Part shown: positions 33,815-35,321 of the stretch, piece by piece
Layout: every line of letters starts with the position of its first letter
Numbering within the stretch: position 1 is the first letter of the stretch
Assembly (NCBI RefSeq): GCF_001194135.2
Contig: NC_068990.1
Location: 78,996,268-79,031,588 of the forward strand
Length of the DNA: 35,321 nt
DNA from: Octopus bimaculoides
Lineage: Eukaryota
Reading direction: 5' to 3'
The notes under the pieces: generated by a model
What the model saw: only the letters and a program-made list of their open reading frames with translations
Databases searched by the model: none
What the model was told of the DNA's origin: nothing
Program-made: the position numbers and the translations under genes

Positions 33815-34642
33815 AAGATGTGCGCTGTGCCCAATAAGGCTGCTTTTTGCAAGACATCAATCTTGCATGAGATTTCTAGTTGCCTTAAGAAGCTTTAATG
33901 GGATTGATCCCAACGCTCCGATCATCACTGGTATCACTTTTACATTATCCTCTCGCATTTCATACAGTCTTGCCATTTACACTTTCAATTCGGCTTTGAA
34001 GGCAATATTTTCCTCACTCACCGCAGATACTCTCTTTTTTGTCTGTTCCTTCATGTCGTTGTGCTTGATTCCATCTGCCTCGAGTATTTCCTGGTATCTA
34101 TAACTGGATTGAGGTTGAATTACCTTCATCATCTCACCTATGCCTTCTGTCCTGACAATTCTGCTTCAGTTTTTGGGGATAGCTTCAAGACATCCAGGAA
34201 TACATGTTCCCAGATTATAGCCCAACCTTGTTTTCTGTAGTATTTCACTCAAGAGTATCATTCCCAGAGCGAAAACAGTGGCGACACACTGTGCCTCTAG
34301 AAGATTCCTCTCTTCATTTTCATTTCTCCTAATACTTGATTTCTTGCTCTCAATTCCTTTCATGCTGTTTATGCCCTTCATGCTATTCCATATAAGGCTT
34401 CTCATGTTTCTGGCTACTCCACACATTTCCATCGTTCTTATTATCCAGGAGTGTGGTATCATACCGTATGCTTTACGATAGACAACCTATCTTATGCTCT
34501 AGATTGTGTTTTCTCTTGCAGTTCATGATAATTAGATTATTAATTACGAGCTGATCCTACGCTCCCCGGCTCCTCTTTCGGTACCCTTTCTCTTCAGTAG
34601 GTAGCAGCCCACTTTTTCTAAGTATTTATACAGTTCACCAAC
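33811..34642 (-). mobile_element. R4/Dong-like element of a second family (fragment C), multiply deleted
   Basis: Minus strand: LLPTEEKGYRKRSRGA*DQL; MIPHSWII; GIF*RHSVSPLF; HVFLDVLKL (degenerate FMDD); SYRYQEILEADGIKH; VIPVMIGALG; LQKAALLGTAHIL. Confidence 0.85.
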
Positions 34643-35071
<429 letters not shown>

Positions 35072-35321
35072 ACGTTTGACTTTTGATTTGCATTTGTACG
35101 AGTTAACTCCAAGTTTCACTCACAGACCTCAAGAGACAACAAGTTAGAAGTTCATGTTGGCTTTATGCCTAGGCTGCCATGCATTTGGTTTTGTACATAG
35201 TGTTGTTCTAGAGAATGTTTAAGAAACCATAAGAAAATTATGTTTCATTCAAAATTTGAGATTAAATAGACAGTATTTTACGTAGAATATGGGCAATTCC
35301 CATGAGCATTATCTTTTGAAT
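35072..35321 (-). mobile_element. 3' end of an R4/Dong-like element (fragment D, same family as A) ending in a (TAA)n tail; continues beyond the window
   Basis: Minus strand IQKIMLMGIAHILRKILSI* aligns with 33436-33500. The UTR tgtacaaaaccaaatgcatggcag matches 33648-33671. Confidence 0.85.

Overview
AT-rich, microsatellite-dense eukaryotic (metazoan) DNA from a gapped draft assembly. The SINE/LINE types resemble those I recall from octopus genomes; this is recollection, not a database result. No host protein-coding gene is supportable, and most long ORFs in the track are artefacts of N-gaps or microsatellites. The window holds decayed mobile elements: a Penelope-like (PLE) GIY-YIG remnant between inverted arms, a 5'-truncated L1/Tx1-clade LINE, two CR1 pieces, an RTE 3' end, a mariner transposase fragment, four R4/Dong-like fragments at (TAA)n arrays, and several tRNA-derived SINEs. 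The most interesting signal is absent from the ORF track: five type-I hammerhead-ribozyme-like motifs from four unrelated sequence families (1717-1788, 2360-2465, 13508-13548, 15859-15894, 21566-21645). Four of them lie in inverted-repeat (fold-back) structures typical of PLE pseudo-LTRs, and the one at 21566-21645 keeps an essentially intact core and a GUC site. A possible 3.7-kb inversion splitting one CR1 element is also noted. All folds and alignments were done by eye.
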